From contig NIVC01002467.1 in NCBI GenBank assembly GCA_002269645.1, positions 62,001 through 126,000 of the forward strand: a stretch of DNA of 64,000 nt, in the 5' to 3' direction. Position numbers and translations under genes: made by a program. The notes below the pieces were generated by a model. That model was not told the origin of the DNA. It searched no databases and worked only from the letters and a program-made list of their open reading frames with translations. Of this stretch, positions 48,984 through 61,739 are shown piece by piece (position 1 is the first letter of the stretch; every line of letters begins with the position of its first letter). The DNA is from Macrostomum lignano. Taxonomy: Eukaryota.

Positions 48984-51900
48984 CTACAACCGCAGTCTCC
49001 GCACATCATCCTGCCGGAAGTCCACCCTCAGTGCCAGCACGTGCCGCACCTCGGCCGGGGTGAGTCGCCAGGCCATGACAGAGTCGGACCAGCAGGCGGT
49101 CAGCTCGTCCAGGCTCTCTAGACCCAGCAGCATGGCGGTCTGGCTCAGCCTGGCCAGTCTATCTCGGACACTCCAAGCGGCCCTGGCGCTGAGGCAGGCG
49201 GCCAGAGAGCGGACCTCCCGGTCCAGCTGCAGTCCCCCAGCCTGTTGAACTGTTTCCTAGCAATCAGCTTCTCGGCTCTGAGCACCAGCTCGCCAGCCAG
49301 AGACTGCAGCAGGGTGTCAAACAGCGGCGGCAGCAGCAGGCGCTGGAATCCGTCAGCCAGTTGGCCAATGCGAAGGCAGGCCGCCTCCACCCAGGGGTCG
49401 CTGGCCTCGTAGGCCAGGAGCTCTTCTTCTGTGATCACGTGACTCACGTTGGACAGAGGGGCCAGGATTTGCTTCACCTGAGCGCAAAGGGATCGACAGT
49501 GTTTGGGATGATGCTTTAGCTGACGAGTTGGGGTTTCAACATCATTTCAACATTCCAGCATTATTAAAGCCGTAGAAATCAAGCACCATTCCAGCCTGAA
49601 GTTCTACATCATTCCAACCCCTAGAATTCCAGCATCATTCCAACCCCTAGAATTCCAGCATCATTCCAACCCCTAGAATTCCAGCATCATTCCAACCCCT
49701 AGAATTCCAGCATCATTCCAACCCCTAGAATTCCAGCATCATTCCAACCTGAGATCCAGCATCATTCCAACCTCTAGAATTCCAGCATCATTCCAACCTC
49801 TAGAATTCCAGCATCATTCCAACCTCTAGAATTCCAGCATCATTCCAACCTCTAGAATTCCAGCATCATTCCAACCTCTAGAATTCCAGCATCATTCCAA
49901 CCTCTAGAATTCCAGCATCATTCCAACCTGAGATCCAGCATCATTCCAGCCTGAGTTCCAGCATCATTCCAGGCTGAGTTCCAGCATCATTCCAACTTGA
50001 ATTCCAGCATCATTCCAGCCGGAGTTCCATCATCATTCCAACTTGAATTCCAGCATCATTCCAGCCGGAGTTCCAGCATCATTCCAACTTGAATTCCAGC
50101 ATCATTCCAGCCGGAGTTCCATCATCATTCCAACTTGAATTCCAGCATCATTCCAGCCGGAGTTCCATCATCATTCCAACTTGAATTCCAGCATCATTCC
50201 AGCCGGAGTTCCATCATCATTCCAACTTGAATTCCAGCATCATTCCAGCCGGAGTTCCAGCATCATTCCAGGCTGAGTTCCAGCATCATTCCAAGCTGAG
50301 TTCCAGCATCATTCCAGGCTGAGTTCCAGCATCATTCCAGGCTGAGTTCCAGCATCATTCCAGGCTGAGTTCCAGCATCATTCCAGGCTGAGTTCCAGCA
50401 TCATTCCAGGCTGAGTTCCAGCATCATTCCAGCCCCTAGAATTCCAGCATCACTCCAGCCTGAATTCCAGCATCATTCCAACTGAGTTCCAGCATCATTC
50501 CAGGCTGAGTTCCAGCATCATTCCAAGCTGAGTTCCAGCATCATTCCAGGCTGAGTTCCAGCATCATTCCAGGCTGAGTTCCAGCATCATTCCAGCCCCT
50601 AGAATTCCAGCATCACTCCAGCCTGAATTCCAGCATCATTCCAACTGAGTTCCAGCATCATTCCAGCAAACCCACCTGAGGCCGCAGCGAGATCTCTGTC
50701 AGACACTCGACACCCTCGTTCACAATGGCGGCCAGAGCTTCGCCCAGCCCAGCGTCCATCGCCTGCAGGCAGCTCAGCAGCTTCTCGCGGTCCCGCCGCC
50801 CAGCCCCGCTAGTGGTGTCGGATTCCAGCAGGCGTCTGAGGTCCCGCAGATTGCCGCGACACGCCTCGGCGCAGTTGAGCGCCGTCAGGTAGGCCTGCCT
50901 GGCCTCTTCAACGCTGGCCTTGGAGCCGAAGGCGTCCTGCACCCAGCCGGAGGGAAATCCGCGGCCTAGACGGGATCGAAGCGCGCCAATCAGTTGAGCT
51001 TCGGCCACGTCTGCTGCCCGGTTCAACGCGGCGCAGGTGGCGTCAGCGCTGCCAGTTGAAACAGCTCGGCGAAGGCACTTCTTCAAGATGAAGAACGCAT
51101 CGTCAGCGAGGCGGGTGTCGGTGGGATCCGAGCCGCCTACGCCGCTGTCCAAGGCCACCGCTTTGGCAAGCATCTCGCGCATGAAGTGCTCTTCTAATAA
51201 GCAGTACTCATCCACCAGTTTCTGCGGAGATGGGGGGATTAACGGATCTGCAGTTGGATTGCTTATATATTATTAGGATTATCCGCCTGACTGTCAGGAT
51301 TATCTATCTGACTGTGGGGATTATCTATCTGACTGTCGGGATTATCTATCTGACTGTCAGGATTATCTATCTGACTGTGGGGATTATCCACCTTACTGTC
51401 AGGATTATCTATCTGACTGTGGGGATTATCTATCTGACTGTCGGGATTATCTATCTGACTGTGGGGATTATCTATCTGACTGTGGGGATTATCCACCTTA
51501 CTGTCAGGATTATCTATCTGACTGTGGGGATTATCCACCTGACTGTCAGGATTATCCACCTGACTGTTGGGATTATTTATCTGACTGTCAGGATTATCTA
51601 TCTGACTATCAGGATTATCTATCTGACTGTCAGGATTTTTTATCTGACTGTTGGGATTATCCATCTGACTGTCAGGATTATCTATCTGACGGTGTGGATT
51701 TCTATCTGACTGTCAGGATTATCTACCTGACTTTCGGGATTATCCATCTGACTCATCCCATTGTCTGGATAATCCAAGATTATCAGTCACAGTTTAAAAA
51801 AGCCTTCTACACCAATAAAAAGCCTAAAAACAAAAGAATGACAACCGTATTCTCACCTGAATACACCTGGTCACGGCACACTTTCGTAGAAAGTCATCTA

Positions 51901-54900
51901 ATTTTCGCTGCCTCCTCTGTTCTACGGATTCGCTCTCCGAGTCAGCTGCTCCCGAGGCCGCACCGCCTCCACTGCCGCCTCCTTTGCTATCGGCAGCTGC
52001 CCAATCTGCTAAGCACCTGCGAGAAACAAATCTCAGGTAGAGTTCGGTTCGGGAACTCAGCACAGCCAGCTCGGATAATACGGCATCTAGTTGCTTGGCG
52101 TCCAGCTGCTGGCCCTGCACAGTGCGTGTAAAATTTTAATTAACTAATTAGGACGGTGTTGATGAAGTTTTCATCAGCTTTAATAAAATAATCTAAAAGC
52201 GGGAACTAAACTGCTATATACATGCAAATAAGTACTCACATTTCTTTCTTGGGTAACCACAGCCTCTATAAACGCAATGCATAATTGGGTATCTACATGT
52301 ACAACCCCCATAAACAATAACCCCCTTAAATGCCTAACTGGGTATCTACATGTACAACCCTCATAAACACAACACCAAATTGGGTATTTGCATGTACAAC
52401 CCTCATAAACACAACACCAAATTGGGTATTTGCATGTACAACCCTCATAAACACAACACCTAATTGGGTATTTGCATGTACAACCCTCATAAACACAACA
52501 CCTAATTGGGTATCTACATGTACAACCCTCATAAACACAATACCTAATTGGGTGTCAAGAACCCCCTAGGTGGTCACTAACTCACCTGTTGCTGCTGCTG
52601 CTGGTACATCATCTGAGCCTGGCTACCCGGGCCGTACTGCTGCTGCGACTGCTGATGACGAGTGGCCGATGTGCGCGCTAAACGGACGCGCGAGTCCAGA
52701 TCGCGCAGACTGCGAAATCGATCCACAATGCGCTTCGCTTGCGCGTCTACTTCATTTTGCAGCACCTGATTGGGCGATCAGACGGGATTAGGGTTTACGA
52801 GTGAAAAAGGATCATAGAATTATAATTACCTGATCTAGAGTGCGACAAAAGATATTTAATAATTGGATAATGTGTCCTAAAAGATAGAAAAATGTCTAAA
52901 CGAAAAAACGTCTAGACAGGAGGGAAATGTATCTCAAAGAACAGGAACTGTGTCTCAAAGAACAGGAAATGTGTCTCAAGAACAGGAAATGTGTCTCAAA
53001 GAACAGGAACTGTGTCTCAAAGAACAGGAAATGTGTCTCAAGAACAGGAAATGTGTCTCAAAGAACAGGAAATGTGTCTCAAAGAACAGGAAATGTGTCT
53101 CAAAGAACAGGAAATGTGTCTCAAAGAACAGGAAATGTGTCTCAAAGAACAGGAAATGTGTCTCAAGAACAGGAAATGTGTCTCAAGAACAGGAAATGTG
53201 TCTCAAAGAACACGAAATGTGTCTCAAGAACAGGAAAATGTGTCTCAAAGAACAGGAACTGTGTCTCAAAGAACAGGAACTGTGTCTCAAAGAACAGGAA
53301 ATGTGTCTCAAAGAACAGGAAATGTGTCTCAAAGAACAGGAAATGTGTCTCAAAGAACACGAAATGTGTCTCAAGAACAGGAAATGTGTCTCAAAGAACA
53401 GGAAATGTGTCTCAAAGAACAGGAAATGTGTCTCAAAGAACAGGAAAATGTGTCTCAAAGAACAGGAAATGTGTCTCAAAGAACAGGAAATGTGTCTCAA
53501 AGAACAGGAAATGTGTCTCAAAGAACAGGAATTGTGTCTCAAAGAACAGGAAATGTGTCTTAAAGAACAGGAAATGTGTCTCAAGAACAGGAAATGTTTC
53601 TCAAAGAACAGGAAATGTATCTCAAGAACAGGAAATGTGTCTCAAAGAACAGGAAATGTATCTCAAGAACAGGAAATGTGTCTCAAAGAACAGGAACTGT
53701 GTCTCAAAGAACAGGAAATGTGTCTCAAGAACAGGAACTGTGTCTCAAAGAACAGGAAAATGTGTCTCAAAGAACAGGAACTGTGTCTCAAAGAACAGGA
53801 AATGTGTCTCAAAGAACAGAAAATGTGTCTCAAAGAACATAAAAAAGTGTCTCAAAGAACAGAAAATGTGTCTCAAAGAACAGAAAATGTGTCTCAAAGA
53901 ACAGAAAATGTGTCTCAAAGAACAAAAAATGTGTCTCAGAAACAGGAAATGTGCCTCAAGAACAGGAACATGTCCCCAGGAAAGGCACACTGAAGAGGCG
54001 AACCTGCAGCAGACCGAACAAATGACCGGGTCCATAGAAAGTCTCCACAAGCGGCTGATGCACTTCAACGCTGGCGGCCACAGCTTCGTACAGCTGCAGC
54101 AGCTGCTGGGCTGCCCAGGCGCCACCGTCTTGACCAGCAGCCGAGGACGCTGCGATGCGGGCCTTCTCGCACTGCTCCCTGAGACAGCCGCCGAGATAAC
54201 CGCCCAGTTTCTCCAAACCCGCTTGGTGCAAATTTAATAGGGGGAAAATCTTAAAAAACCTCTCTATAGAAGCTCGATCTTGGCGTTGTACGGCTAAATC
54301 GAACTGTTTATGGACAATGTCTTTTAATACGGCCTCGGATTTGTGTAGAACTTCGAAGCTGGCCTCCAGGGTGCTGCCTTCGCTTGCGTCAGCCGTCATG
54401 CGCATCACGGTTTCGTCCAGGGTCAGATATCTGCAGTTAGCGGGGTTTGAGTACCAATTTCGGGTTCGGGTAGCGTTTGACATTGCTGGGATTCTAGGAC
54501 TCAAGATTGAGATTCTAGGATTTGAGATTGGGATTCTAGGATTTGAGATTGGGATTCTAGGATTTGAGATTGGGATCCTAGGATTTGAGATTGGGATCCT
54601 AGGATCTGAGATTGGGATTCTAGGATTAGAGGTTGGGATTCTAGGATTTGAGGTTGGGATTCTAGGATTTGAGATTAGGATTCTAGGATTTGAGATTGGG
54701 ATTCTAGGATTCGAGATTGAGATTCTAGGAGCTGAGATTCGGCTTCTTGGATTTGAGATTGGGATTTTAAGATTATAGATATTTAATCAACTGTAGGATT
54801 TGGAATCTGGAATTTAGGATTTGGGATCTAAATTTTAGGATTTGAAATTGGGATTGTATAATTTGGGATCTAGATCGTAGGAGTTGGGATCTGGATTGTA

Positions 54901-55519
54901 GGATTTGGGATCTTGATTGTAAGGATTTGGGATTTGGATTGTAAGGATTTGGGATTTGGATTGTAAGGATTTGGGATTTGGATTGTATGGATTTGGGATT
55001 TGGATTGCAAGGATTTGGGATTTGGATTGTAAGGATTTGGGATTTGGATTGTAAGGATTTGGGATTTGGATTTCTGGCTGGGAAATCGGGACTGGCAGCA
55101 CTAACAAACCTGTGAATATGCGCTGCAGCAATCTCGTAATCCTCATCTTGCAGGGCCTTCTGAACACCATCCGTGCAGGCCTTCAAATCGATTATGTCCT
55201 CAACACGCTGCAGGCCAGCTGTGACTCGACTCTTGGCACAGTCGAGCTGTCGAACTTTACTGCTGACGCGGTCGGCCAGTTCCGAAGTGCAGCGGATCAT
55301 TTCGGACAGACTGCGAGCGTCCGCCAGCACAGGCTCGAGTCCAGCGGATGAAGAATTTGACCCGTTGCCAATAGCAACGCTGCTATTACTAACTGAGTCC
55401 AGACGTCTCGTGGTGGCTCCAATTCGTTCAACTTTGGCCAGCAGGCGCTGCAGGTCAGGGTCTTGGTTGGCTGCAGCGGCTGCAGCATCTGTGATGCTAG
55501 TGGCACCAACTGATGGCAT
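48984..55519 (-). CDS. COG4: Conserved oligomeric Golgi complex subunit 4 (~771 aa, 6 exons; one-base deletion in the last exon as sequenced)
   Basis: Exons 55519-55110, 54430-54004, 52765-52586, 52114-51857, 51221-50676 and 49477-48984 are in phase. Motifs SSKVRQLD.AK.R, DLK.C.DGVQ.AL..EDYE.AA.H.HRY, FFKIFPL, ELYLRF, EEHFMRE..KAVALD, YEASDPWV, FNRLGGLQLDREVR and WRLTPAEVRHVLALRVDF match recalled COG4. Confidence 0.95.
49588..50667. repeat. 23-24-bp minisatellite (CAGCATCATTCCAGGCTGAGTTC) in COG4 intron 5
   Basis: Directly visible. Confidence 0.94.
51275..51775. repeat. 21-bp minisatellite (GGATTATCTATCTGACTGTCA) in COG4 intron 4
   Basis: Directly visible. Confidence 0.93.
52278..52556. repeat. 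42-bp minisatellite in COG4 intron 3
   Basis: About 6-7 copies. Confidence 0.9.
52925..53965. repeat. 20-22-bp minisatellite (GAACAGGAAATGTGTCTCAAA) in COG4 intron 2
   Basis: Directly visible. Confidence 0.95.
54484..55075. repeat. Two adjacent GGATT-rich minisatellites (21-bp and 22-bp units) in COG4 intron 1
   Basis: GGATTTGAGATTGGGATTCTA (54484-54775) and GGATTTGGGATTTGGATTGTAA (54795-55075). Confidence 0.92.
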
Positions 55520-58002
55520 TGTTAATTTAAAGATGGCTGAAGGGGTTGGCAGTTTAGAGATTTTAAAGTTAACTGGGGTCATTTTGGTAAGAAGTTAAAC
55601 AAATATACTAGTATAGTATCATTTAAACTGTCAAATATTATTATACTATTAATTAGGCAGCCCAAAGTGTGGCAAACTAAAAAAATGTTATTAATAAGTA
55701 AGAAGACCTTGTTGCTTAATTTGATTGTTTTGTATTAAATCAATTGTTGTCCTTTATATTATTAAATTTTAAATGCCAATAAAATAAGCCAAAGTTGCAA
55801 TATTCTAATACCAAAGGAAATTTTAGTCAAATATTTTTTTTCTTAATGAAAAACAGTTTTTATGACAAGTTTTAGGTAACCAATGAATCTTATGCTTATT
55901 ATCAAGTACTTTAAATAACTTAATTAACAACTAAATTCTAAAATACTCATATAATAATAAGATAATAAAATTGAGATACTAACAAAAACTAAACTATAAA
56001 TAAAATATAAAAAATTTATCTAAGATAACTTTTATTTAAAACTTTTAATTTCATTGTTTCCTTTAAGTACTATATAGTTGTAGATTAAATCTTAAAAATT
56101 TTGAAAAAATAATATCTATTCTAAGAACATCTAGACTCAAATCCACATAATTTTAATAAGCTCTCACAACAAAATTCACATTAAAAGCATATGTTTTTAA
56201 TGTTAGTATTGCTAGTTCTTAACTTGAGCGAGGGTGAATTATTAATAATATTATTTAAAAACAGTAAGTAAAATAATTATCAATTTTATTGAATTAAGCT
56301 TGACTTTGTACTTAATTATAGCATAAAGTTCAAATCTAGGATAAGATAGGGGTTTAATAAAGGTGATTTTTCAGCTGCTAAGTAAACTATCTTCTATTTA
56401 TTTACTTGTAAACAATATAATTGGTGCAGTTATATATTAGATGGCCAGGTTTAGGGGCCTACTTTGATTTACTGAATTTGGCCTGCTAGCTGAAATAAGA
56501 TAAAATTGAAAGTCTGAATATTAGATATGATAAGACTGACAAGAAACTTTGCCCTTTAAATCAAGATTTGGAAAAAATTACGCCAAAGTTATGTCTATCT
56601 GAAAGTCTTGCTCATGTCATTTATGGAGAGCAAAAAGAGTGACATCACTAAATTAATTTACTTGTTCTTTAGATTGGATTGCATCGGGTTTAGTAACACA
56701 GTAAGAATTCTGGAATTTCGAATGACCCCAGTGGGGAAAAGAAATTAAAATGTCAAAATGCGAAGCACTATCACTTTTCATTTTCATTAAAAACAATTGT
56801 AATAATAAACCCTAACCGCAAACACAAAACGTTAAGCACTCATTCCTGGAAAGTTGTTAGTTGAAATTTAACAATGACTCTACAACATTATAAACAAAAG
56901 GTAAAAAAATAAAGGTGTAATAAAAACCTTCTTAAAAATATAAAGCGTTTCCTATAGTAAAGCAAGGAAAAAAGATTTTTTAAATTGCATTTTTTAATTT
57001 TAAAACTGTTAAAGACTGACACTTTGAAATGTAAAAAATACCTTACGTTTTAACAAACATTTTCTTTAGAAGGATACAAAGCCCTTGATATGCTAATATT
57101 TTATTTTATATATCTTTTTAGGCTGTAAAAGTTAATAAAAAATATAGTTCAAACTATTATAAGGTTTGTAACTACATAATTATCGTGCGAATTTGTCTTG
57201 CTACTATTCAACGAAATTTGCACAGAGCAACATTCATATTTATTATTTCAAGTGTAACTCAGGTCCACGTTTTAACTTAGTTGGTTATTCTTCACTTGTT
57301 ACAAAATATTCATTGTTATCTAGTTAACAAGGCTTGTGGGTGTATTTGCTTGTGTAGTTTCTGCCTTTCTGGTTGGTTGATCCAACCAAAGTTAGTGGAC
57401 GGCTTATTTTGCCTTGTTTTTTTGTGAATTAGTTATTTTTACCTACTGGAGGTTGAGTGGAATGATAAAAGAGTTGCGAGTAGTATATTTAGTTAGTAGA
57501 TATACTAAATTCCTAGATTAAATACTAAACCTTGCTTTCGTCTTTTTACCTCGTGTCGTGAGTGCATGATTTGTTTCTGCCAGAGTTTAGCTGTAGCATT
57601 TTCAAGACAGTCAGAAAAAAGTCAAAGAATCAGTTATCTTAGAAAAATGCTTCGATCAAAGGTTTTCATTTTTAATTTGTATTTTTTACCAACACAATAC
57701 TTTGATTAACTGATTTATTCTAAACGGGACGCTCGGCTTTATTTGCAATGATAAAAATTCTAGTTTAGCATGTAATAGGATAGAATGTACATCGGTACAT
57801 GCATCAGATATCGTGTTTGTATCGTGTTTTTCGAGATTTTAAAAGTTATTTTATTTTATACCTAATTATACTTTATAGGCCACAAAATTATTTGAGTAAA
57901 AATTTCTCTGTAATGCAGTTGTAGGCGCATGTTTAATTTTATATTGTGAAAATGCCATTAATGAATTTAATTTTTACAGGCTGGGTATCTGTTGAATAAA
58001 AC

Positions 58003-59502
58003 ATGAGCACACTATCCGAGGAAATTCAACAAGCTACAAATAGACGGAATTCAATTAAACAAAATGACCCAGAACATCAACACCAACTGTCAGAGGAGCA
58101 GCAGCAGCGGCAAAGCCCAGTAAAAGCACCCGGTCATACTTCAATCTGCAATTCAATCAGTCAAGCATACGCACTTCGTCGCGAGTACATAGCGGCTATG
58201 CAGAACCCGGTAGCTGGAATGTACCCGCTGCCGTCTAGCCTGTCGCCCTACACCTGGTTCGGCCTGCTGTTTGTTCGCAGCGGCCCATACCAGGGTTATA
58301 TTATTCGGTTCACGTTGCACATTTCCAAAGGATTTCCTGACAGCGCTTGTCCTGAGGTGCGCAACTTTATCTGTGCTCAATAAATACTACTGAGAGTAGG
58401 TTAGATGGAAAGATGATTAGCTGTAAAATATGTTCCAATTTAGCCAGGATTTTTCATTGGTGGTCCTTTTTTATTCGATGCTCATTGCATTTGATTTAAG
58501 GCGACGCTATTTTATTTGAGGTGACGCCATTTCATTTGACGTGACGCCACATTCATTAGAGGTGAGGCCAATGGCCAAAGCTCCTGCATGTAGGGAGAGG
58601 GGCTGCAGCGGGATGTTTTTATGTAGACTTATTAAAGTCTTATTGAGTTTCTTATAGTACGATGGAAGGTATTTACATGTAGATACCTCTACAATTTGTT
58701 GGTAGCTATAAGCATCGTCAATGAAGACGTCAACGACATGTAGAAGGACGCGCTTTCACGTAGAGGCCGGTTTTAACTCTCTCCCAAAATTGCATTAGCA
58801 AGACAGCCAGTTTTCAGTGTTTGTATCCATAATATAACCTTTGCTTGACTTTCGAATAAATACATGCATGGGCTGGTGCTGCAGGGGCGGTCCGGAGACA
58901 CAGCCTACTGCAGGCCCCTGACACCAAGGCATCCCCTGCACCCGCAGGTGTACCTGGCCCCGCCCTACGTGTTCCACCCGCTAGTTGACCCCAGCAGCGG
59001 TCACGTGGACATCGCTCGTGGCTTCCGCGGCGGCGGCTGGCAACCGCACGGCAACCGACTGTGGCACGCGCTGCACTTTCTTCGCCGGATCTTCCTTCGA
59101 CCAGACGAATTCTGCAGCTCAACAGCGGACGAGAGTTCGAATCCGCAGGCGGCCGAACTGCTTCTTAACAGCGCGCCAGATTATCGATCGGAATTCCGTC
59201 GCCGATTAGCGGACGAACTGTCGGAAAATTTGGCGGCTGGCGGCGAGCCGCCACTGCCCGACGATCCGGCAGCTGACTCGATTTGGCGAGCCGCATCGAT
59301 TTGTGGCGGCGGCGCTCTGGACGGCGCCGAATTGGAGACGGCTCGAGCGCGCCTCTTCCTATCAGGCAGTGGCGCCGGCGCGTCACTGGCGGATAATAAA
59401 GACGCCGCCGACGGAAACGGCAGCCCCGAGCCGGCAGTCAGTCGCGGGCTCAGCTGGATGAATCGCGATTCGATGCAAATTTTAAGCGGCAGTTTGTTTT
59501 AA
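58003..59502 (+). CDS. AKTIP: AKT-interacting protein / FTS (crossbronx) homologue, an inactive E2 ubiquitin-conjugating variant (~302 aa, 2 exons)
   Basis: Exons 58003-58356 (GAG|GTGCGC) and 58948-59502 (CGCAG|GTG), phase 0. Motifs WFGLLFVRSGPYQ..I.RFTLHI..FPD..CP, VFHPLVDPSSGHVDI and W...NRLWHALHFLRRIF match recalled AKTIP. Asp replaces the catalytic Cys. Confidence 0.92.
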
Positions 59503-61119
59503 TTTGCAAATTTTCTTAGAATATCTTTGAAGGCTGGCTTCTGGTCGAATTTTATTTTGACTTGCCTGTTTTATTGCTTCATTTAAGACAAAACTCCTTA
59601 AAATCTTTAATGACTGCATTATTTTGTATTTGGTTCCATTTCTAATCGCCTCACTAACCTAAAGCCAGCCTTCAAATATTTGATTGGAAACAAAGAATTC
59701 CGTCAATTTTATCTGATTCTTAAAGTCGATCTTGTACTGACAAGTTTGCAAAGCTTTTAAAAAACATTTTTATATTCTAGTCCTACATGTATAGTGTTAA
59801 CATTCTAGTCTATATTTATCTTCAGCTTTTCTTTTCCATAAAATTTATTATCTTTCAATTCTTTTCAAAATTTATACGCCAAATGGACCCACAACACATT
59901 TATTTAACCATACATTTTTAATCATTACATTCAAAGGTTTACATTGAACAATATAAACAGTTCACAAAGCTATATTGAATATTCTAAAATAGTTCAAATG
60001 ATTTTTTGCGAACACCTTAACTGCGTACAATTTCTATTATTGACAACAGTAAACTGGGATTCATATAACGTGGACTTTAGGCAGATAAATACATGTGTAC
60101 ACTAAGTAGGTTAAAGTGCATTGTGGATTGCTACAAAAAGTTTAAAAAATATGTGCTGCATTTTTAGACGTACAAATATGAAATAGATGCGAGAGTACTT
60201 GTCGTGTGAAAAATACTTAATTGGTAGCCTCTTTAAAGAGTTTTAAAAAAAATATTCATTCTAACTGATCCCAATTTTAGAAAATCTTTTACTTAAAAAT
60301 AGCCTTTTTCTTGTAGAAAACTATCCATCATTTAAACTAATCCTATTCCAGAAAACATTGTAACATTATATTCTATAGTAGGAAACATTCATTTAAACGG
60401 ATCTTCTTCTATGAAATTATCATTCAAGCCGATCTTTTTCTAGAAAACCTTCGTTCAATCTTATCCTATTCTAGGAAACCATATCATATAAACAGGTCAT
60501 TTTTTAGGAAAAAGTTTATTATAACAGAATTTATAGAATTCCCTACATTCTTGCCAAAAACAACTTTAGAAAAGTCACCATTTGTTTATCTGCTTGATTT
60601 CGCATCAAATTAAATTCCACAATCGACGCATGACTGTACAGCCCACAATACAACATCTACAGTAATAGAAGGTTTATTCTGCTAAAAGCCTAATTAACAG
60701 TCTCTTTAAGTTAATTTGAATGGACGCAAAAATACAGACCTGGTTTAAATAACAGATATATAGAAACATACATATATCAAGAATTCATAACATGGTTCTT
60801 ACAATAGCATAATAAAAATGAATAACGCATCAAGAACATTTAAAGTTGTGGATTACAAACTTCAGTTACTTGTTGCAGCTAATTTAAACAAAACTTCATG
60901 TAACGCGCACGGGAGCTAAAACGTATTAGAACGAAGGTATTTTGTTACAAATCTAAAATCGATCTGGCTGGAATGCGGCCTGAACCTGCTAGTATACCTG
61001 CAGCTGAGTTTAATAGCTTGAATAAACTGGTTAATAAACCCTGATTGATTGGGCCTGCAATCCACTCTCAGCCCTTACCTATAGCTCGTTTCTCTCTTCA
61101 ACCCAGCCTCTCCTATCAC

Positions 61120-61560
61120 CAACTCAGCCTCCCTTGTCTCCCTCTCCGCGTCCCCTGTCTCCCTCTCCGCGTCTCCTGTCTCCCTCTTAGCCTCCCCTGT
61201 CTCCCTCTCAGCCTCCCCTGTCTCCCTCTCTGCCTCGCCTGTCTCCCTCTCAGCCTCCCCTGTCTCCCTCTCAGCCTCCCCTGTCTCCCTCTCAGCCTCC
61301 CCTGTCTCCCTCTCAGCCTCCCCTGTCTCCCTCTCAGCCTCCCCTGTCTCCCTCTTAGCCTCCCCTGTCTCCCTCTCAGCCTCCCCTGTCTCCCTCTCTG
61401 CCTCGCATGTCTCCCTCTCAGCCTCCCCTGTCTCCCTCTCAGCCTCCCCTGTCTCCCTCTCAGCCTCCCCTGTCTCCCTCTCAGCCTCCCCTGTCTCCCT
61501 CTCAGCCTCTCCTGTCTCCCTCTCTGCCTCGCCTGTCTCCATCTCTGCCCACTTTCCCTC
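61120..61560. repeat. 21-bp minisatellite (CTCAGCCTCCCCTGTCTCCCT)
   Basis: Directly visible. Confidence 0.92.
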
Positions 61561-61739
61561 TCCCTTCCTTTGTTTCTTTAATTTTTTCTCGAAACTCGTA
61601 ACAACTCAAAACTTATTTGTATCCTCTTAGAAAGCACAACTGTTGTTTGTTCTATTTTCTAAGAAAATATCCCCTATGATAAATAAATAGCATTATTGAC
61701 TTGTCGAATGTGGCTATTAACACAGCAATCACTCGGTGC

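Noticed and set aside
52927-54237. Cys/Lys-rich 436-aa and 347-aa plus-strand ORFs
   Set aside because: Translations of the 21-bp COG4 intron-2 array, antisense to a real gene.
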